NCBI RefSeq assembly: GCF_009914755.1
Contig: NC_060926.1
DNA from: the human T2T-CHM13v2.0 reference genome, Homo sapiens
DNA length: 64,000 nt
Reading direction: 5' to 3' (one strand)
The position numbers were made by a program, and so were the translations under genes. Each line of letters starts with the position of its first letter. The first letter of the stretch is position 1. This document shows positions 43,941 through 58,805 of this stretch, one piece after another. The notes beneath the pieces are model-generated. The model saw only the letters and a program-made list of their open reading frames with translations. It did not search any database and had not been told where the DNA came from.

Positions 43941-44862
43941 CTTTTTTAAAAAGAACATTGTCTTTTTGACAGAAATTATGGTTACAGAGAAATTTTATTC
44001 ATGAAAGCATTTTATTTGAAATGTAAACTCATGGCTCTGGTTAGCTACATCTGTGATACACTGCTATTAGGAATGTAAATTGGTAAACCTTTCTGGAGAA
44101 GAGTTTAGCAAAATGTATCAAGAATCTTAAAATGTTTACTTCTTTGGGCCAGGAATCTTGCTCTGGGACTTAATAATCAGAGATGTGCAGAAAGATGGAT
44201 ATAATTATAGGATTCTTCTCAGATGTATAACAAGGAAGAATTGGAAATTACAAATTACGTTGCAGCTATATAATTGATTTCTCTTCCATTTGGAAGAACA
44301 TTTAGAAAGCAAGGAAAATGCTCATTGTATAGTGCTAAGTGGTGAAAGGAAGTTACAAAACATTATATACAATATGATCCCAGGTATAGGTTTTGTGTCT
44401 GTATGGTGCTTTTATTTTTCTTATACTGTACCTTGTTTTTCATATTTTCCTATGATGATTGTACATTTCTTTTCCCCGCAACATTTTATTGTGAAAAATT
44501 TCAAACATAAAGAAAAGGTGAAAAGGTTTTGTAGTAAATATTTGCATACCTACCATCTAGTGCCTATCATTAATATAAATACTTGCGTTATAAGATGTGT
44601 ATGCAGCTATCTACCCTTCCATTCATTAATTCATTTTGATACATTTCAAATAAGTTGCAGGCATCAGTGTGCTTCTCCTTAAACACTTCATCCTGTATAT
44701 TGTTCCTAGAATTCAGTATGTGTTTGCAGTTTTGTTTTCTTCTGGGATAAAATTTACCTCAAGTTTTGAGAAATGTAAATACCACATGACCCACACATTT
44801 ACTTTTATAATCAGAAAAATTCAATTTAAAAAAGTGTAGCTGTGGCAATGTATGTCACTCTC

Positions 44863-45172
44863 TTTTTTTCTTTTTTCCTTTTTTTTTTTTTTGACACAGA
44901 GTCTCGCTCTTTTGCCCAGGCTGGAGCGCAGTGGTGCAATCTCCGTTCACTGCAACCTTTGCCTCCCGAGTTCAAGCGATTCTCCTGCCTCAGCCTCCTG
45001 AGTAGCTGGGACTACAGGCATGTGCCACCACGCCTGGGTAATTTTTTGTAGTTTAGTAGAAACGGGGTTTCACCGTGTTAGCCAGGATGGTCTCGATCTC
45101 CTGACCTCGTGCTCCACCCACCTCGGCCTCCCAAAGTGCTGGGATTACAGGCGTGAGCCACTGCACCCGGCC
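44863..45172 (-). mobile_element. AluSc8-like
   Basis: caccgtgttagccaggatggtctcgatc left arm with S-type right arm; no TSD found. Confidence 0.93.
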
Positions 45173-45459
45173 AATCTAGTGAATTGAGTTTTGTAAACCT
45201 CCTTAGCATATCACACAACACTAATTTTCCACTCTCAATATGTGGCTGTAGAGTGTTTAATGTTTACTTTCATATCGCTTTTCCATAGTAGTGCAAGACC
45301 TCAGTTTAGCTTGTTTACATTATTTGCAGATTTACTTACAGTGTACTATTTATTTCTGTTTTAAATAGTGTTTGCAATAGGAGAAAATCATATGATCTTA
45401 AGCATATACACCAAAGGTAAGAAAGGAAGCCACTATTGTATCTTTTTGATGAATTCCAG

Positions 45460-45621
45460 ATGAGCTGGGATCAAATTGAACTGCTTAGGCAGAAATTTAA
45501 GAGACAAGTAGAAGTGGTGCAGAAAGACATTGTGACTGCAATGTCCTATTTACAGCTACTGCCCAGAGGAGAACACTCCCAACATGACAAAGAGTTCATC
45601 AGCTTGAATGTTAACTTTTGA
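45460..45621 (+). other. Candidate cryptic in-frame terminal exon (53 codons)
   Basis: tctttttgatgaattccag|ATG AGC TGG..., phase-0 compatible with MAP3K20 exon 2, open to TGA 45619-45621; AATAAA at 45964-45969. Confidence 0.3.
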
Positions 45622-45633
45622 AAACAATTAATT

Positions 45634-45926
<293 letters not shown>

Positions 45927-46839
45927 TCACAGCAACTTATTTGTACTCTTGTGTATATTTGATAATAAATTGAACAAGATATGTCTGTACATAGTATTTT
46001 TTTTTCTGTCTGGAAGAGATGGGAACCTGACAGCCTTTATGTTAACTTGAAATCTGTTGATACTCAATTGAATCAAAAGGAAGCAGAATCCTTAAGAGGT
46101 AATATATAAGGCCTTTTCTTCATCTGTCTTGGCTTTTGTAAGACACCACTACCCTTATTTTAAAAGAAAAAGCATCCTACCAAATTTCACTGCTTTAGAA
46201 ATGTCGGAAGCCAGATAAATTCAAGTTTCAAATTTATTCCACGTTATAAATATTTATAGATAAGGAGAGAAGATCAACATGTCAAACTGGTTATAATAAC
46301 AGGAACTATCAATAATTTTTATATAAAGGGGAAAATACCTGTGTGAAATAGGAAATATAATCTTGAAATTGACAGAGAACCAAGAGCAAAAAATAAAAAG
46401 CTTTTATTATACTCAGTTAATCAATATGATATCGTTTAGTGATTTATGGAAGGCTAGTTAAATGTTATCACTTTATTAGCTCATGGGAGGGAGACCCTTC
46501 TTCTTTTCTATGCAGTTCTGTTGCTAACTTTTTATTAATAAATTCTTTAAATTTGTTTTAATTGTAAGTGCTATTTTAAATATTTCCCCCTGACCCAAAC
46601 ACGTTAAAGAAGAATAATGCCACATTTACTTTCTTTGTAAATCCTCTCAATATTTAAGTATATCGATGGGACCAATACAAATAAAAATTAATTATCTTAG
46701 ATATTTGACAATCGCTATTGAGTTCTGGCATAGTTTCTATAATAACTCGTCCAAAGCGGTGCTCAAGAGTGGCCACTGGTATTTTTAAGCATGGAGAGAG
46801 CTTTGTTAACTATACCAGAGCTAACATTTTAATTTGGTA

Positions 46840-47172
46840 CAAGTTGAGTATCCCTAATCTGAAAATCTGAAATTCAAAAAGCTCCAAAATCACAAACTTT
46901 TTGAGTGCTGATGTGACAACACAAGTGGAAAATATCACACCTGACCTCATGTAACAGGTCGCAGTCTAAACTTTGTTTCATGCCCAGCATTATTTAAAGT
47001 ATTGTATAAAATTGCCTCCAGGTATAAGATACAGATGAAACATAAATTGATTTCATGTTTAGCCTTGGGTCCCATCCCCAAGATATCTCATTGTATATAT
47101 GCAAATATTCCAAAATCTGATAAAATCCAAATACTTCTGGTCCCAGCCATTTTGGAAAAGATACTCAACCCG
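46840..47172. mobile_element. Tigger4b/Zombi-type MITE
   Basis: TA|caagttgagtatccctaatctgaaaatc ... gatactcaacccg|TA. Confidence 0.85.
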
Positions 47173-47343
47173 TACTTTCAAATGTACTCTTTTATGGCTG
47201 AAGAATATTGGTTATAGCATCTCCACATGCCTAGTCTCTTCCCCTTCACTCAGGAGTCCCTTTGTGAGTTATTAAATAATCTCATATAAAATTTTTCTCT
47301 CCCCAGTTAGAATTTGTTCATTCTGGATTTTATCCTTTTAGGT

Positions 47344-47534
47344 CAGTGGTTCTCTCAAAGTGTGGTCCCTGGACCAGCAGCATTAAGCATCACCTGAGAA
47401 TTTGTTAGAAATACAAATTCTTGGGCCTCACCCCACACCAAATGAGTCAGAAACTGGGAGGTAGCGCCCAGCAATCTGTGTTTTAACCAGCTTTCTAGTT
47501 GTTTCTGATGTCCCCTAGAGTTTGAGAACCACTA
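47344..47534. mobile_element. MER5A (hAT-Charlie)
   Basis: cagtggttctctcaaagtgtggtccctggaccagcagcat...gtttgagaaccacta; contains AP-1 TGAGTCA at 47443-47449. Confidence 0.88.
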
Positions 47535-47827
47535 CTTTTATTGTACCTAGCCAATCATATGCTAAATACAGACAGTATAACTTCAGTTTGGAATTTTGGG
47601 TACCTTGTCAAAAAGTGGCGGAGAGGTTTTTGCTCTTAGAGGCCTTTAGGCTCTTAACTTCACCCATTGTAGATGACCACCTATGCACATAATAAACTGA
47701 AGGCTGACTTAGGAATGGCAAATGTACATGAAACCTCAGGCCAATACTTTCAAATTCCAGCCCCTTCTCATAGTGGTGCTAATCTGACTTTCCGGCCTTT
47801 TTTTTTTCTTCCTTCCTTCCTTCCTTC

Positions 47828-48020
47828 TGTTGTTTTTGTTTGTTTGTTTTGTGTTTTGTGTTTTGTTTTGTTTTTTTTTTTTGAGACAGGGTCTCCCTCT
47901 GTCCCCCAGGCTGGAATATAGCGAGCTCACTCTAGCCTCGAACTCCTGGGCTCAAGCCATCCTCCCAGCTCAGTCTCCCAAGTGGCTGAGATTAACAGGT
48001 GCAAGCCCTCTCACTCAGCT
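47828..48020 (-). mobile_element. FAM/FRAM-type Alu monomer
   Basis: Degenerate (TTTG)n tail plus a single diverged monomer. Confidence 0.75.
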
Positions 48021-51000
48021 GTTTTATTTTGTCTTTTTTTATTTTCTGACAGGATCTCTCCACTCCTGTCCAACTGTTCTTCTGCATTACTTTTTTAATT
48101 TTTGTAACCTTGTTCACATTCTTTCCTTCACTTGTAATACCTTTGTCTTCCCTGTCTGGGCAGATCCTACCCATTCTTCAGCTGTAATTATTTCCTTCTC
48201 TGTGAAGCATTCTCAGTCATACAAGCGTATTTTCTCTTTCTCTTCTGAATTTATACCACATAATACCCATAGTACTAATTTGACCGATGGTTAAAACTGC
48301 CTGTGACTCTGCATTCCAGTGAGAAATTGCCACCTAAGTTTTCATGTGAACATGCTATGTCTTCTCATCTGAAAAGCAGGGCTAATGATAGTACCCACAT
48401 CATAAGAGTTGTTGAGAGGATTGAATGAGATCATATATGTGAAATGTATGTAGAAGAGTGCTTGACTCATAGGAAGACTTGGATAACTGTTAACGATCAC
48501 TCGCATCTTCACAACTGTACCCCACAGTCAGAACAGCAGCTAGATGTCATCTTTTGTGAAAATGTTAATTAGCTGATATCTAGGCCTCATGCTGAGAAGG
48601 GATCAGATGCCACATATACAGTTAGCAGCAAAGGCAGCCTGGCAAGGCTCAGGGTGAATACAGTGGGCAAGCACATGTGTGGTGCATTTGATGTCCTGTT
48701 GTGAACTTTCTGAGAGCAGGACTGTCTTTGTAGCTGATGCTGTCACTAGACATCATCACTCTACCAAGTACTGCTACCACTGTGAGCCTGAATTTGGTGA
48801 AGGGCTTTACACCATTGCCCTCTTCTTCTTCACAGTCACTTTATAAGATTATAATCTGCATTCGATGGAAACTAAGGCTCAGGGAAGTTAAGCAGCCTGC
48901 CTAATATAAACAGCATCGTTCACTTGGGTCTTCCTTGCCAGCCTCACAACACCTGCCATTGTGCTTTGCTCCCAGTGAACATTGAAGTATTTGTTCCTTG
49001 ATACCTGGTATTGTGTCGCAGTGGACATACCTCTCATTTTTGTTCATCTAGGAAATGTATCTTGTATTGACATACCTACATTTTCTTCATTTACTCTGCT
49101 TTGAGCTGTGAAGAGGGTAGAACTCGTGTCTTTACCATGTCACTGTAAGTACAGTAACACACTTGCATTCACCTACATAGTAACAAACTCTTAGGTATTG
49201 CCCTTTCTGTAGGGTTCCTGATGTCTGGTTTTTATAAATGCCCTTGCTTTTGTGCCTTTTAGACTGGCATGCCATTTCTGCTTAAGGAATTTTAAACGTG
49301 TCACTGTGCAGTGCTTTAACATTGTGCTACGTATATAAATCATCATTTTGAATTGGAGAGTAAGCAATTTAAAATAATGGATCATTTTATTTGATAATGA
49401 ACATAGTCATCATCCGGAAGTATATGTTGAATAGCCATCCATCACTCTGCTCTTTTCTACCAGACATTTCTGTTACTGGGAGCTTGTAATCTAAGACACT
49501 CCAAGGTGAACTGCTATAAAGGTGATAGAGGAAATTGGACACATGTTGAGCAAATAAATGTATTAAAATGAGTAACATGTATTACTGATATGTCTGAAGA
49601 TAACTCAAACCTTAGGAGAGAGGTCACTGAGGAAGAGCCACCAGAAAGGCTTCTCCTAGGACCTAGAGGAATTTGGAAAATTACCTGAATTATAAATAAT
49701 GTTCCTACCATGTTATGTGAAATGTAGTTACATTAAGACAAACACCACTGATTTTTTTTAGATGATTAGTGTGACCATAAAAATGTTTTATTTGCAAGCC
49801 AAAGCCCCTAATCCTTCTTATGTTTGCTACTTAGTCTTTAAAATTTTTAAAAATCCTTTCAAAGCTTTGTTAGATAATATATTTACCTGTACATGGAGGT
49901 TAATTTCAGTTTGCCTTATGAGAAACATTGCAACTGTTATTTCACCTTTTCATTAAAGTATTATTGATCTCAGCATATTGAGCAATAAACATTTCAGTTA
50001 GTTAATATTTGTTCTACAGCCATGCTGGAAATATTATGCTGAAGTAAAACCAATTAACGTATTTCAGTAAAAATGTTACAGCCTGAGTAGCTGATGTTAT
50101 ACAAAGCTAGGCTCTTGCTATTAGAAGAAAAATAGTATACAGCATGAATTCAATTCCTGAGAAACTCAAAGCCTAATATAGAGAATTGAGAAATTGAAAA
50201 ATTGGAGGAGAGAAAAAGCAGCCCGTAAGTATTTCAGATAGTTTCAAAATTGATATGACTGGCTCTTAGTCTTCAAAAATAGAATTATCTCACTTGAATA
50301 TTTAAAAAGTACCTAGAATTTTCTTCTCTGTTCTGTAGTGAAGATGGGAAGTCACTGACATGAAATTACCCAAGAATAGAGGCCATGTTATCAATTTTTT
50401 TTCACTGATGCTTGACTCATACTCCCGGTTAGGACATCCAGTTTCTGTTTGAACACTGCCATTGATGACATATGAGATGCAGTCTGCTCTAGTTTGGAAC
50501 AGCTTCTTAGAAAGTCCTTTATAATGTAACTTCCAGCCATTGTTCCTGGTCCCTGCCTCCGGGGCCATATACAACAAATCTTACCTTCTTCCATGTATCA
50601 GCTTCTAGAGGATGGCATCTGTACCTTATTGATCTTTGTACTTTCTGGACTCTACACAGTACCTGGTCCACAATAAGCAGTCAATAATGGATAGGATATA
50701 AATGAAAAGAATAATAAACATAATGATCACATCTCAACTTTCTCTTCTTTGTAAGATTTACAGAAAGGTTTCACTGTTAATGAATCTTCAGAAAAGAATA
50801 CAGCTTGCCATTCCTACCCTACTTTATAGCCTTTTCTTCTCCATGTTTGGCTGATTTTTTGAGTTCTTAATAAATTACTTTGTCTTTGAATGAAGGGTTC
50901 TGTTCTATAGCAGCTAGAAAGGATGTTTTCCTGGCCGTGGTTCTTATCTGGTTTGTTTTTGAACATATTTCCCAAAAAGGAATCCAAGATGCTTTTTCTT

Positions 51001-51375
51001 AGCCCTGCTAATATCAGATGTTCACTGATTCATGACCTGAGAAAAATTAAGGTGTCCTAAATGAAATGAGACTGCCAGAATTTTAATGACTTGAAAATAT
51101 GACTCTTATCCCTGATACTGTTCTTCAAGAAAATAATGCTTGGCAGAATTAGGTGCATTAGAGAAGCAGCACTGGTAAGTATGAAAATGTTTGTTAAAGA
51201 GGGAGGAGACTGTATGGCAGCTCTGCTTTCCAGAGATTGTATTCAGCAAGTAATGTACAAAATCAGCTGATCTCACGACATTTTAAAAACATGCCAAGCA
51301 GTGCTTCCATTAGTCGGAAACTGAATTGCTTCCATTATTGGAACATAGAATCTACCTTAAGAAACATATACTCAT

Positions 51376-51618
51376 AGGTGGGCAGATCACCTGAGGTCAG
51401 GAGTTCGAGACCAGCCTGGCCAAAACCCTGTCTCTACTAAAAATACAAAAATTAGCTGGTGCCTGTAATCCCAGATACTCGGGAGGCTGAGGGAGGAGAA
51501 TCGCTTGAACCCAGGAATTAGAGGTTGCAGTGAGCCGAGATCGCACCATTGCAATCTAGCCTGGGCCGCAAGAGCAAAACTCCATCTCAAAAAGAAAAAA
51601 AAGAAAAGAAAAAAAGAA
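51376..51618 (+). mobile_element. 5'-truncated AluS
   Basis: Starts at aggtgggcagatcacctgagg; TSD aagaaa(c/t)atatactcat. Confidence 0.9.
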
Positions 51619-52449
51619 ATATATACTCATTTTTATTTTAATCACTTGGTGGCTATTTTAAAATATAATACAAAGTTTAGTGAGCATCCGCTGCTGAACA
51701 AATCTTTAAAGTTGTGAAAGCGAGGGACTTTTTCTCCCTAAAACCTCAGGATGTCTTCTTAACTACACAGTAAAGCCTAGGCCTCTAAGTGTGGCTTGCA
51801 TTCTTCTATGGGAAAAACCTTATGTGCAAAGAAGCCTAGGGATTGTAGTAAGGCCAGGACACCTCTCTCAGATCAGTGAGGCTCTGTGGGAAATCCTGAT
51901 TCTGGATATACTGACCTCAAGTGTTGACCAGACCAAGAGCAGATTTTAGGAAGAGATCAAATTAATTAATATTAAATGGACTTGGGAGTATGAAGTGTTA
52001 AAAAGTTTATACTCTGGCCTTGTTTCAAAAAGGATTTAAGATTATTAGCAGATAAAGTAAGCATGTTTTGAAGTTCCAGGAAGGCCCTCTGTATCTCTGA
52101 AATCTCTCTCACCTACATGTAAGGTGAGGAAATAGAAAAAAATTAACATTTCTTTAGTTTCTGTTATTTACAGCTACTATTCTAAGCACTTCGCATAGAT
52201 TCTCTATTCAAGCCTACTGCTAACACTTCCAGTTTTATCTTGTAACTTTATTCTTTAAGGTTGTTTCCCATAATAGAACTGCAGATACCACTGAAAGAGG
52301 TAACTCTACATGTGAATAATACCTTGAAGTACAAAACATACCTGATTTGTTTCCTGAGCACATATTTTTCTAGGTGGGGAGGTGCATACTTGACACTAGG
52401 AAACTGTGACCTGAACAGATTCTGAGGTAACTTTCTTTTCTGTAATTCA

Positions 52450-55400
52450 GCCATCCAACAAATATTGAGTATTTATTACATGCTAGGTACTATTCTAGAT
52501 ACTGGAACTACACTGGTAAATAAAAGATACAAGGATTCATGTTTTTTAGAGTTTACCTTCAAATGTGGGGAATAAGAAAATAAATGGTATGTCAACACAT
52601 TAGAAAATATAAGACCTATACCTGCCAGGGCTAGGGGCTGAATTTAGTGATTCATTTCCAAAGATTCAAGTATAGAAAAGGAATAGTTAGTAACTTTACA
52701 GTGGGCTAACCTGACAGATGCCTCCTTAACCAAGTGATGAGGGCTAACAACACTAGTAATTAGTCAGGTTGATAACGTGTATCCCACATATGATTTGGTG
52801 AGAAAAGCATTTTACCCCTGAGGTTTTCTTCCCCTAAAACCATAACCCCAGTCTAGTCATGAGGAAAATATCAGGCAAACCAAAGCTGATGGACAGTCTA
52901 CAAAATACCTGGCCCCAGTGCTCCTCAAGACTTTGAGGTTTTGGGAAACAAGGAAAGACTGAGAAACTGTCACAGACCACAAGAGATAAGGAAATGTGAT
53001 GAATATACACAGTGTGGTATCCTGAATTGGATTCTAGAACAGAAAAAAAAAGATGTTGGTGGAAAAAATAGTGAAATGTCAATAAAGCCTGGAGTTTAGT
53101 TCATAGTCATGTATCAATGTTGGCTTCTTAGCTTTGACAAATATACCCTGGTGATGCAGCATGTTAACATGGGGGGAAAACAGGGCAAGAAGAACTATCT
53201 GTACCATCTTTGCAACCTTTCTGTGAACCTAGAATTATTCCAGAATAAAAAGTTTATTTTAATTAATATAAGGGGAAAATAGGGCAGAGTAAGGGAGATC
53301 AGGAGTGCCAGAGGAGCTAGGGTTCAAATTTCAATGAGTTGGTCAGGGTAGGCCTCACTAAGAAGGTGACACTGAGTAAAAACTTGAAGGAATTAAGGGA
53401 GGGAACCAAGCATGGGGGATAAAACATTCCAGATACAGGCCCATGGCAGGTGGGAGCATGCCTGTTGTATTGGAGAAATAGCAAGGGGGCCATCGTAGCT
53501 GGAGTGGAGTGTGTGAGGGAGGAGAAACAAGAGGTTGGGCCAGAGAGGCAATGAGGCCAAGTGGTCTTGGACCTTGTAGGCAATTATAAGAGCCTCCGAC
53601 CTAAATTGGAAGGAAATGGTGAGCAGTTGAATGCTTTTGAATAGTGACGTGAAATGGTTTGACTTACATTTTCACATGACCACTCTGGAGACTGTTGAAA
53701 AGAGATTACATGGGACAGAGACAGGGGACCAGTTATGGCTCTATTACAGTAATCTCAGTGAGAGATGCTTGTGTCTGGGGCTAGGAAGGTTGCAGTGGAG
53801 GCAGTGAGAAGTGGTTGAATTTGGGGTAGAGTTAACCAGATTTGCTCACTGATTGGCCATGGGCTGTGAAAATAATCAAGGACGTCTCAGAGGTTTTGCA
53901 CTGAGGAGATGGAAAGATGTGCGTGGGCGCAAGGGAAATCAAGAGAGGAGCAGGTTTGTGAGCAGGTCGAGTTCTTTTTTGATACAAACAATGAACAATT
54001 AGAATCTGCCACCTAAATACCATTTACAATGCAATAAAAATATGAAATACTTGGAAGCAACCTAAATGTCCATCAACAGATGAACAGATAAACAATATTT
54101 ATTATTCAACCTTAAGAAGGAATACAATTCTGATCCATGCTACAATATTGATGAATCTTGAAAACGTATGCTAAGTAAAAATAGGCCTAACACAAAAGGA
54201 CCAATATTGTACAATTCCACTTATATGAGGTACCTAGAATAGGCAATATTCAGAGACAAAAAGTAGAATAGAGATTACCAGGGGCTGGGAGAGAGAGAGT
54301 GGGGAATTATTGTTTGATAGGTATAGAATTTTTGTTTGGGATGATGGAAAAATTCTGGTAATGAATAATGATGAGAGTTGCACAACAGTGTGAGTGTAAT
54401 TAACGCCCCTGAATTATGCACTTAAAATGGTTTAATTGGTAAGTTTTATGTTATGTACTATAATTTTTAAAACAAAGTTCTATTTATAGAAAAATGAAAT
54501 GCTGAAGGATAAATTTAACAAAAGTCTGTGTAAGATCTTTACACTGAAAACTGTAAGACATTGCTGTGAGAAATTAGTGAATACATTTAAAAAAGAAATA
54601 TATCCTACATTTATGGGTCAGAATATTTTTATTCAGATGTCAGTTCCCCCAAAATTGATTTGAAGATTTAATATAATCCCAAATCATAACACACCCAGTT
54701 TTTTAAATTTTTTGTAGAAATTGATAAGCAGATTGTAAAGCATATGGCAGTGAAGAGGACCTGGAGTAATGAAAAATGAAAACTAACAGTAATGATGGAG
54801 AACTTGTACTACAAACTTATTTGATGGCTTACCATAAAGCTACAGTAGTCAAGATAGTGTGGTATTTGTGTGTAGATAGACTAGTGGAACCGAACAGAGA
54901 GTCCAGAATTAGGCTCACATATATTTGGTCAGTAGATTTTTGACAAAGATGCCAAGGCAGTTAAGTGAGGAAAAGGGTAACCTTTTCTAGAATTGGTGCT
55001 GGAATGATTAATGTCTATATTGAAAAAATTGAGAACCACTGAACTAGGGAAATGTAGTATGGTTGCTGAGAAGCAATCAGGTTATGTGTTTTCTTCAGCC
55101 ATATTCAGCTCAACAGTTGCAAGGGTGGAGTAAACAGAGAATTGGATTTCTTCAGGGTTGTGGTTTTCCTGAGTACACTGAAGGAAAAGTAGAACCATGA
55201 TGCTGAGGATGGTTGCAGGGGAAGGATTCTGTGATTTGGCCTGGAATTTAGGCTAAGTAAGGAGGGAAGACTTCAGGGAAGGGTGTGACACTCATAAGGT
55301 ATAGGAACAGGTAATGATAGGTCAAGGGATTACTGGAGTTCAGGTGCTGGAGGCAGGAAGCTGGAAATACAGGAATTGGTGGTCAGCAAGTAGGGGGCCT

Positions 55401-55900
55401 GGATTTTGGATTGTAGAGAGGTGCAGTTATGGGTAATTCCTAAGTCATGACCAAAGGAATTTGTGACTGCGGCAGGGTGAAGGACTAGACTGTTGCAGGG
55501 GAAGAGTTCAAAGACTTGAAAGAACAGGTGTCTGAGGGTCTTGTAAGTGCATGAAAATTCCCACATCCAGACAGGAATAGTAATCGGACAAAGTGACAGT
55601 GAGCTGGGGCTAAAATCATTAAGAAACAGGGGAGTGAACTAGGGATTGGTACATGATGGCAACAATGAAGGCTCATGAATGATGCAATCTCATGACAGAA
55701 GATTCAGCTTTTGGGAGGTGGTAGGAAAGAGTACTGTCTGGAGGTGGTAATGAGGGGCTCCCCACCAAGCTCTGCAGAGCAAGGGCCAAGAGACAGAACA
55801 GCAGCTATTGCGAGGGCTGCCGGGGAGGGCCAGGCTCTGGACAGAGGAGGCAAGGGAAGGTTTAGAGAAGAGGTTCAGGATAGAGGGGCTTTGTGCAAGG
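52450..55900 (-). mobile_element. Long fragmented L2, with nested + strand L1MC/MD (~52650-53265) and L1MB/ME (~53985-55030) pieces
   Basis: L2 tail caacaaatattgagtatttattacatgctagg at ~52455 and L2 body ggtcagggtaggcctcactaagaaggtgacactgag at ~53340. The nested L1 3' ends have AATAAA (53245) and ccttaagaaggaatacaattctgatccatgctac. Confidence 0.65.
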
Positions 55901-56149
55901 GTTTCAGGAGTTGAGAAGATATGGGAGGAGGATCCAGCTAGAATACATGCGGTCCTGTAGGAATTGGCATGAGAGGTGAGGGGGCAGCCGGAGCCGGTTG
56001 TCTTGTGCTGACCTGCACAGGGATAAGGGCACCCAGAGCCTAGTCCTGGAGTATTCAGGACTCGCCTATTTACATGTTTTAAAATAAAATATATGTTTTA
56101 AATAACATCTTCTGCCTTGCGCTGCAAATGGAGGCATTTAATTCCTAGG

Positions 56150-56390
56150 AAGCAATATGGCTTCGTGTTTAAGAGCCTGGGCTTTAGCGTCAGACAGGTG
56201 TAGATTCAGATGCTTTCTCCACTACTTATTAGATTTATGGGAAAGTGACTGCACCAAGCCTTAGTTTCCTTTTTTATAAAATGCAGATAATAATAGAGTC
56301 CACTTCATAAGGCTATTGTGAGGACCACATGAGGTAATCTGGGTAAGTACAGTGCCTGGCTCCTACTCAGCTCTCAGTGCGTGTTACCTG
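56150..56390 (+). mobile_element. MIR
   Basis: gtgtttaagagcctgggctttagcgtcagac...gccttagtttcctttttataaaatgcagataataa. Confidence 0.75.
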
Positions 56391-56662
56391 TGGCGGTTAG
56401 GGCTATGATTTCAGCAGCAGACAGTCGGAACATATTCGAGATTTCTCCTCTCCCCTGTGGCTTGTTAGCACTATTTCAGCATAACTTGCTTTTTTAAGAC
56501 TTATAGATAACTAGCTATTTACATCATCCTAGAGTATAATGTTTCCCAAACTTAAAAAATCTTTGTTCTCTATGGTGGTTTCTCATCCTTTCTAAAAAAA
56601 TTTTCTCACCAGACAACAATATTTTGTCATTTACTTACTATATTTTGTGTTATAAACTGGGA

Positions 56663-56996
<334 letters not shown>

Positions 56997-58734
56997 TAAT
57001 TACACATGTCCTGTCCCCTTCCTTGTCCTCTGGAAATTGAGATCTCTCACTTAGGAATCATTGTTATATCAGCTCATTATGATTGCATCATAGAATAATT
57101 TGGAGGTATCGTTCCATGTATAAGATTGGTAGAAATGAGAAGGACTGAAACACTTATAGCTGGTGAGGGAATGGAATGATGGGCATAACACTTTCTTGGT
57201 GGAAGTCTAAAATGGTAAGCCTTCCAGAAGACAGTTTGAAAGATTGACAGAAGTTTTAAAATGAAATGCCTTCGACCTATCATCCTCACTTTTAGGAATT
57301 TGTTGTAAGCAAAAATTGGAAAAGTGCATGTGCATATGTATTAAGAGTTGTGTATGGCAATGCAAATCAGCAACAGTGAGCACATTCTATTTTTATAACC
57401 AGAACAAAACAACAAAACTAACCAAAGGCATGGAATCTTACTTGTGGGACAGAGACAGTAAAAAATCTTTATAATTGGTCTGTTTTGTACAGATTGGCAG
57501 TTCACCCCTCTGTTGAGTTTTCAATCATGCAAAGTACCTTGAAAGTACACTCATATGCTTTTGATATTTTCTGCTTCAACTCTCCTAGAATGTCATTGAT
57601 GGCCCAGAATTTTAATCTCCTTACTTCTCTTTTTTCTTTCTCCGAATTTATTTGCTATCATGAAGCTCAGCAGATACGTGATATAAAGTAAACATTAATT
57701 CTACTTCAGAGTTTCTCCAGGTTGTAATTGGTAGCTGAAGAAATACTGCAGACATTTTAAGTTAAATGTAACTTGAATTTATCTGGGCACTAGGCACCTT
57801 CCTTTAGTATTCTGTAAGAATACAAATAAAACTTTTGGTTACTAAGCAATAATGCTTTAGGGTTTTGCCTTTGTTTATAGCTCTCTCCACATCTGGTGAT
57901 TATAAAGGGGAGAAATCTGTATATGCTCTGTAGGTGAAAACCAGTACTTGTCACCAGTACATGAAACCAATGCTTGGGTGGTATTTGAAATATGTCTTTC
58001 CGTTTATTATGGTGGTTTTTTTTTTTCTGTTTGTTTTAGTAAACCCATAAAGGCTCTGGAATGTCTACCCACAGATATTTGTCAAGTTGAGTAAGAAGAA
58101 ATCTTCCTTTTTAAGAACTGTGTATAAAGAAAGAAGTATTTCACACCTGTTTATCTTAGCAGGGTCTGCAGAGAGAGGGAGATAGATTCCCCATTAACTC
58201 TCATTCAGAGGAGAGTTTAGAAAAGAGAGTGTATGGTGACCTTCTCTGCTCTCTGGAAGGGCACTGGCGCCAGGTAGAAGGGCCCGCTATTTGTGTCTAC
58301 AAACAAAAAGTCTTCCTAAATTTCTCACTTTTCTTGTTGAGCCCGTTTGTAGAATTCTTTCAATTCACATAGCTGAATTGTCTACAATCATAAAATGCTA
58401 ATATGATACGTTTCCAGAAACATATTTTAAGGCTTGTAATTTTTTAAAAAATGAAAACCATCTTTCAGTTTGGGTTCCCATTTGATGCAGTTGCAGATGA
58501 GAAATGTCTTTCTCATCCTTCCTAGTAGATTAGGCAACCTAGTTGGGGGATGGGACGTGATGTATTTGTCTCCCCCAAAGGAATGTTTAATGATCCTCCT
58601 CCTTTTAAGATATTATTAAGTCAAGTTAGTAATAAGTAGGAAATAAGTAAAATTATCTTTTTAACTTTAAACAGAAACAGTTATTTTAATACAACTTGAT
58701 ATATATAAATAATAAAATATATATAATATATGTT

Positions 58735-58736
<2 letters not shown>

Positions 58737-58804
<68 letters not shown>
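58737..58804. repeat. (TA)n followed by a >30-nt T run
   Basis: Direct reading; expanded Alu tail. Confidence 0.9.

Positions 58805-58805
<1 letters not shown>

Noticed and set aside
55386-55400. CTCF-like CAAGTAGGGGGCCT
   Set aside because: Three mismatches to the core and inside an L2 remnant; not distinguishable from chance without ChIP data.
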